From: Minisyncoccota bacterium | Lineage (GTDB): Bacteria > Patescibacteriota > Minisyncoccia > Phycocordibacterales > UBA9973 | Direction: 5' to 3' | NCBI GenBank assembly: GCA_041664285.1 | Contig: JBAYLA010000004.1 | Span: forward strand, 3,171 to 67,170 | Length of the DNA: 64,000 nucleotides | Shown here: positions 58,849 to 64,000 of the stretch, one piece after another | Layout of the letters: the number at the start of each line of letters is the position of its first letter | Numbering within the stretch: the first letter of the stretch is position 1 | The notes under the pieces: model-generated | Database searches by the model: none | Seen by the model: only the letters and a program-made list of their open reading frames with translations | What the model was told of the DNA's origin: nothing | Translations under genes and position numbers: made by a program

Positions 58849-58910
58849 AATGTGTTTATACTAGCATATTAAAGATGAAAAGCAAAATAAAGTGTGATAT
58901 TATTAAAAAT

Positions 58911-60665
58911 ATGAAAAAAGATGACAAATTGAGTAATCTGAGACACACTTTGGCTCACCTGCTCGCAGCTTCAGTCGGAGAAATATATAAATTTGATAAA
59001 ATAAAAATTACCTTAGGCCCTGTGGTAGATAATGGCTTTTATTATGATATCGATTTTGGTGAAGAAAAAGTATCCGACACAGATTTAAAGAAAATAGAGG
59101 ATGTAATGCGAAAAAGACTACCTAAATGGACGCAGTGGGAGCATAAAGAAATATCAAAAGAAGAAGCTCTAAAATTTTTCAAAAATGAATATAAAGTAGA
59201 GTTAATAAACGAAATTGCTGACCGTGGAGAAAAAATTACCACATATACTTGTGGGGGTTTTACTGATTTATGCCGTGGTGGACATTTGAAAAATCCCTCC
59301 CAAGAGATAGATCCACAATGTTTTAAACTCGACCGTGTCGCTGGAGCATATTGGCGTGGAGATGAAAAAAACAAAATGCTCACCCGTATTTATGGTTTAG
59401 CGTTTGAAACCAAAGAAGAATTAGATGCTTATATTCTTCAGCAAGAAGAAGCCAGAAAAAGAGACCACCGAAAAATTGGGAAAGAACAAGACCTATTTGT
59501 ATTTTCTGATTTAATTGGAAGTGGAATGCCAATGTTTACACCTAAAGGCAGCATAATACGTAATGCAATAATTAATTTCTCAAGAGAGTTAAATGCGGAA
59601 CTTGGTTTTGGAGAAGTTCATACCCCAAACTTTAATAAAGCAGAATTATTCAAAATTTCTGGACATTACGAAAAATACAAAGAAGATATGCTAACGGTAC
59701 GTTCACAATATAGTGAAGAAGATTTTTTTCTAAAACCAATGAACTGTCCACAACATACTCAAATTTATGCCTCTAGACCAAGAAGCTATAGGGATTTACC
59801 AATTCGTTATTCTGATTTTGCAAATTTATATAGAGACGAGAGACCAGGAGAATTAAATGGTTTAACAAGACTTAGGTGTTTTTGCCAAGATGATGGCCAT
59901 TCATTCTGTAGAGAAGATCAAGTAAAACAAGAATTTGAAAATATCCTCGGAGTAATTAAAAAAGCTCTGACGACTTATGGAATGAATTACAAAATAAGAC
60001 TTTCTCTTTGGGATCCAGAAAAGAAAGAAAAATACTTAGGTGATGTTAAAGACTGGGAAACATCTCAATTGATTCTTGAGAGTATTTTAAATGAAAATAA
60101 AATTGAATACGAAAAAGCTGTTGGTGAAGCTGCTATCTATGGCCCTAAAATGGACATAATCACCAAAGACTCTTTGGGAAGAGAATGGCAGATTTCTACA
60201 ATCCAGCTTGATTTCATCATGCCTCAAAGATTTAAACTAACTTATAACGACAAAGATGGCAAAGAAAAAACTCCAGTAATGATCCATCGAGCCATAGTCG
60301 GCTCTCCAGAAAGATTTCTTGGGATTCTTATCGAGCACTACGCTGGTAACTTCCCTCTCTGGCTTGCTCCTGTACAAGTGAAAGTTATTCCAGTACGCAC
60401 CAACCATAACGAATATGCGAAACAAGTTTTTGATTTATTGAAAGAACGAGATATTCGTGTAGAATTAGATGACGCTGAAGAAAATTTGGGTGGAAAGGTT
60501 CGTGATGCAAAAAATAATAAAATACCTTATTGGATAGTTGTCGGTGATAAAGAAATAGAAGCCAATAAGGTAACCTTAGAATCTCGAGACAATGGCCAGC
60601 TCGGCCAAATATCAAAAGAGGAACTTTTGAAAAAACTTTTGGATGAAATAAATGATAAGAAATAA
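58911..60665 (+). CDS. thrS: Threonine--tRNA ligase (no N-terminal TGS domain)
   Basis: RHT.AHLL, DLCRGGH, GAYWRG, RDHRKIG, KPMNCP.H, HRAI.GS.ERF; start moved to MKKDDK. Confidence 0.97.
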   Translation: MKKDDKLSNLRHTLAHLLAASVGEIYKFDKIKITLGPVVDNGFYYDIDFGEEKVSDTDLKKIEDVMRKRLPKWTQWEHKEISKEEALKFFKNEYKVELINEIADRGEKITTYTCGGFTDLCRGGHLKNPSQEIDPQCFKLDRVAGAYWRGDEKNKMLTRIYGLAFETKEELDAYILQQEEARKRDHRKIGKEQDLFVFSDLIGSGMPMFTPKGSIIRNAIINFSRELNAELGFGEVHTPNFNKAELFKISGHYEKYKEDMLTVRSQYSEEDFFLKPMNCPQHTQIYASRPRSYRDLPIRYSDFANLYRDERPGELNGLTRLRCFCQDDGHSFCREDQVKQEFENILGVIKKALTTYGMNYKIRLSLWDPEKKEKYLGDVKDWETSQLILESILNENKIEYEKAVGEAAIYGPKMDIITKDSLGREWQISTIQLDFIMPQRFKLTYNDKDGKEKTPVMIHRAIVGSPERFLGILIEHYAGNFPLWLAPVQVKVIPVRTNHNEYAKQVFDLLKERDIRVELDDAEENLGGKVRDAKNNKIPYWIVVGDKEIEANKVTLESRDNGQLGQISKEELLKKLLDEINDKK

Positions 60666-60685
60666 TTTCTTATAAACTCTTTTTA

Positions 60686-61270
60686 ATGGAAAAAGATGAA
60701 GAACTAAAGAAAATACATGAGAAATGGTTCACAAATTGTAAATGTGAATTAAAGAAAACGGCTACCCAGCCTGTTCCCGGAGATGGTAATTCAAATTCAG
60801 AAATAGTTTTTATCGGCGAAGCCCCTGGCAAAGAAGAAGACAAGCAAGGCCGACCTTTTGTCGGGGCTGCGGGGAAATTCTTAGCTGAAATGCTTGATGT
60901 GATAAAACTAAAACGTGAAGAAATTTACATAACAAACATTGTAAAATATCGACCACCGAATAATCGCGATCCATTACCAGAAGAAAAAGACGCTTGCCGA
61001 GAATGGCTGATCGAAGAAATTAATTTTATAAACCCAAGACTGATAGTTTTTCTAGGTAGACACTCAATGAATGATTTTTTCCCAATCGAGAAAATCTCAG
61101 CAGTACACGGGAAACTTTTAATAAAAAAATTTAATCATATTAATACGAAACATTTTCTCCCTCTCTATCACCCAGCGGCTGCACTTTACAATGGAGGCAT
61201 GAGGGAAACTTTGACAAACGATTTTAAGAAAATTCCAAAAATTTTAGAAAAAATAGATAATGAAAAATAA
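60686..61270 (+). CDS. Uracil-DNA glycosylase family 4
   Basis: GEAPG..ED.QG.PFVG.AG, RPP.NR.P, YHPAA. Confidence 0.92.
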   Translation: MEKDEELKKIHEKWFTNCKCELKKTATQPVPGDGNSNSEIVFIGEAPGKEEDKQGRPFVGAAGKFLAEMLDVIKLKREEIYITNIVKYRPPNNRDPLPEEKDACREWLIEEINFINPRLIVFLGRHSMNDFFPIEKISAVHGKLLIKKFNHINTKHFLPLYHPAAALYNGGMRETLTNDFKKIPKILEKIDNEK

Positions 61271-61291
61271 AAGGTTTTTTATTTTTTATAT

Positions 61292-63406
<2,115 letters not shown>

Positions 63407-63413
63407 TCAAATT

Positions 63414-64000
63414 TTATCTCACTTGCCAACCAACCCCATTAGTCTTTTTATCCTTGATTTTATTGGTTATTTGGGTCATAATGTCGTTTACTTCTTGGTC
63501 TGTTAAAGTCCTTTCAAATGACTGAAAAACTAGCCGAAAAGCGTAAGAAATTTGATTCCCTTTTTTAAACTCATCGAATAGTTCTGGACCCTTAATTATC
63601 ATATTCCCCATATTTTCTTTGATTATTTTAGCAACATCTTCATTTATTACTCCTTCAGGCACCCATACTGCTACATCACGCGCAATAAAAGGAAACAGAG
63701 ACCACATTTTGAAAGCTGCGCCTGTGTGCTTTTGTAAATGGTCGACGTTGCGAAGCATGAGATCCTGGTCAAAAGTATCAGATTCGGCTTTCTTGTAAAA
63801 TTCATCGAGGCTCATTTCTTTAATTTCTTTTTTATCTCCATAAGCCACATGCATTTCTTCTTTGTCTTTTTTGAACACTGTTCCAATTTCAAAAATCTTT
63901 ATCTCGTTCATCCCCAGCAAAGGAGCGTTTAATTGGTTTAATTTCAAACTTTCTTTTAGACCATCAGTTAAATTCGTTCTTAAAAATTTTTTGTCTGAAG
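63414..64000 (-). CDS. pheT: Phenylalanine--tRNA ligase beta subunit, 3' part (starts beyond the window)
   Basis: Frame open to the edge (FLRTNL..GL); FEIG.VF; FDX-ACB domain FP...RDVA, LFD.F, S.AFRL.FQ..ERTLTD.EV. Confidence 0.9.
   Translation of the reverse strand, partial: SDKKFLRTNLTDGLKESLKLNQLNAPLLGMNEIKIFEIGTVFKKDKEEMHVAYGDKKEIKEMSLDEFYKKAESDTFDQDLMLRNVDHLQKHTGAAFKMWSLFPFIARDVAVWVPEGVINEDVAKIIKENMGNMIIKGPELFDEFKKGNQISYAFRLVFQSFERTLTDQEVNDIMTQITNKIKDKKTNGVGWQVR
63711..63792. repeat. Palindromic element family A, in-frame in pheT
   Basis: Core ggtcgacgttgcgaagcatgagatcctg (26/28 identical to the tgt copy), flanked by a G-T-rich stem. Confidence 0.85.

Noticed and set aside
58849-58910. 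T-box or other leader upstream of thrS (and leuS, proS)
   Set aside because: The spacers are too short and -10 boxes sit next to the start codons.

Overview
An AT-rich, densely coded bacterial chromosome segment, standard genetic code, made almost entirely of core genes. These include leuS, ychF, secG, rnj, tgt, mreBC, proS, rpsB-tsf, tRNA-Thr, rpoB-rpoC-dnaG-rpoD, rpsP-khpA-trmD, rnr, smc-rnc-nusB-rpmF, thrS, udg, gyrB and the 3' end of pheT. Gene content, streamlined proteins and gene order point to a Patescibacteria/CPR (Parcubacteria-like) genome; this is an inference. I found no CRISPR array, rRNA, transposase, integrase or prophage. The main unusual signal is a set of short GC-rich palindromic elements in at least four sequence families. 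They occur between genes and also as apparent in-frame insertions in housekeeping genes (tgt twice, pheT, gyrB, trmD, rnj, rnr, murJ, an rRNA methyltransferase, possibly rpoD). Copies share DNA cores across reading frames and orientations and show compensatory base changes. One family has a conserved core flanked by long stems whose sequence differs at every locus. Other observations: many genes appear leaderless (-10 box 6-7 nt before the start codon); LeuRS carries both a Nudix and an alpha/beta-hydrolase insertion; there is a NusB-Nudix fusion, a short SMC with no recognisable hinge, a DD-carboxypeptidase-CapA fusion, and a structured leader before rpoB. All calls come from reading the sequence and recognising motifs; no searches were run.
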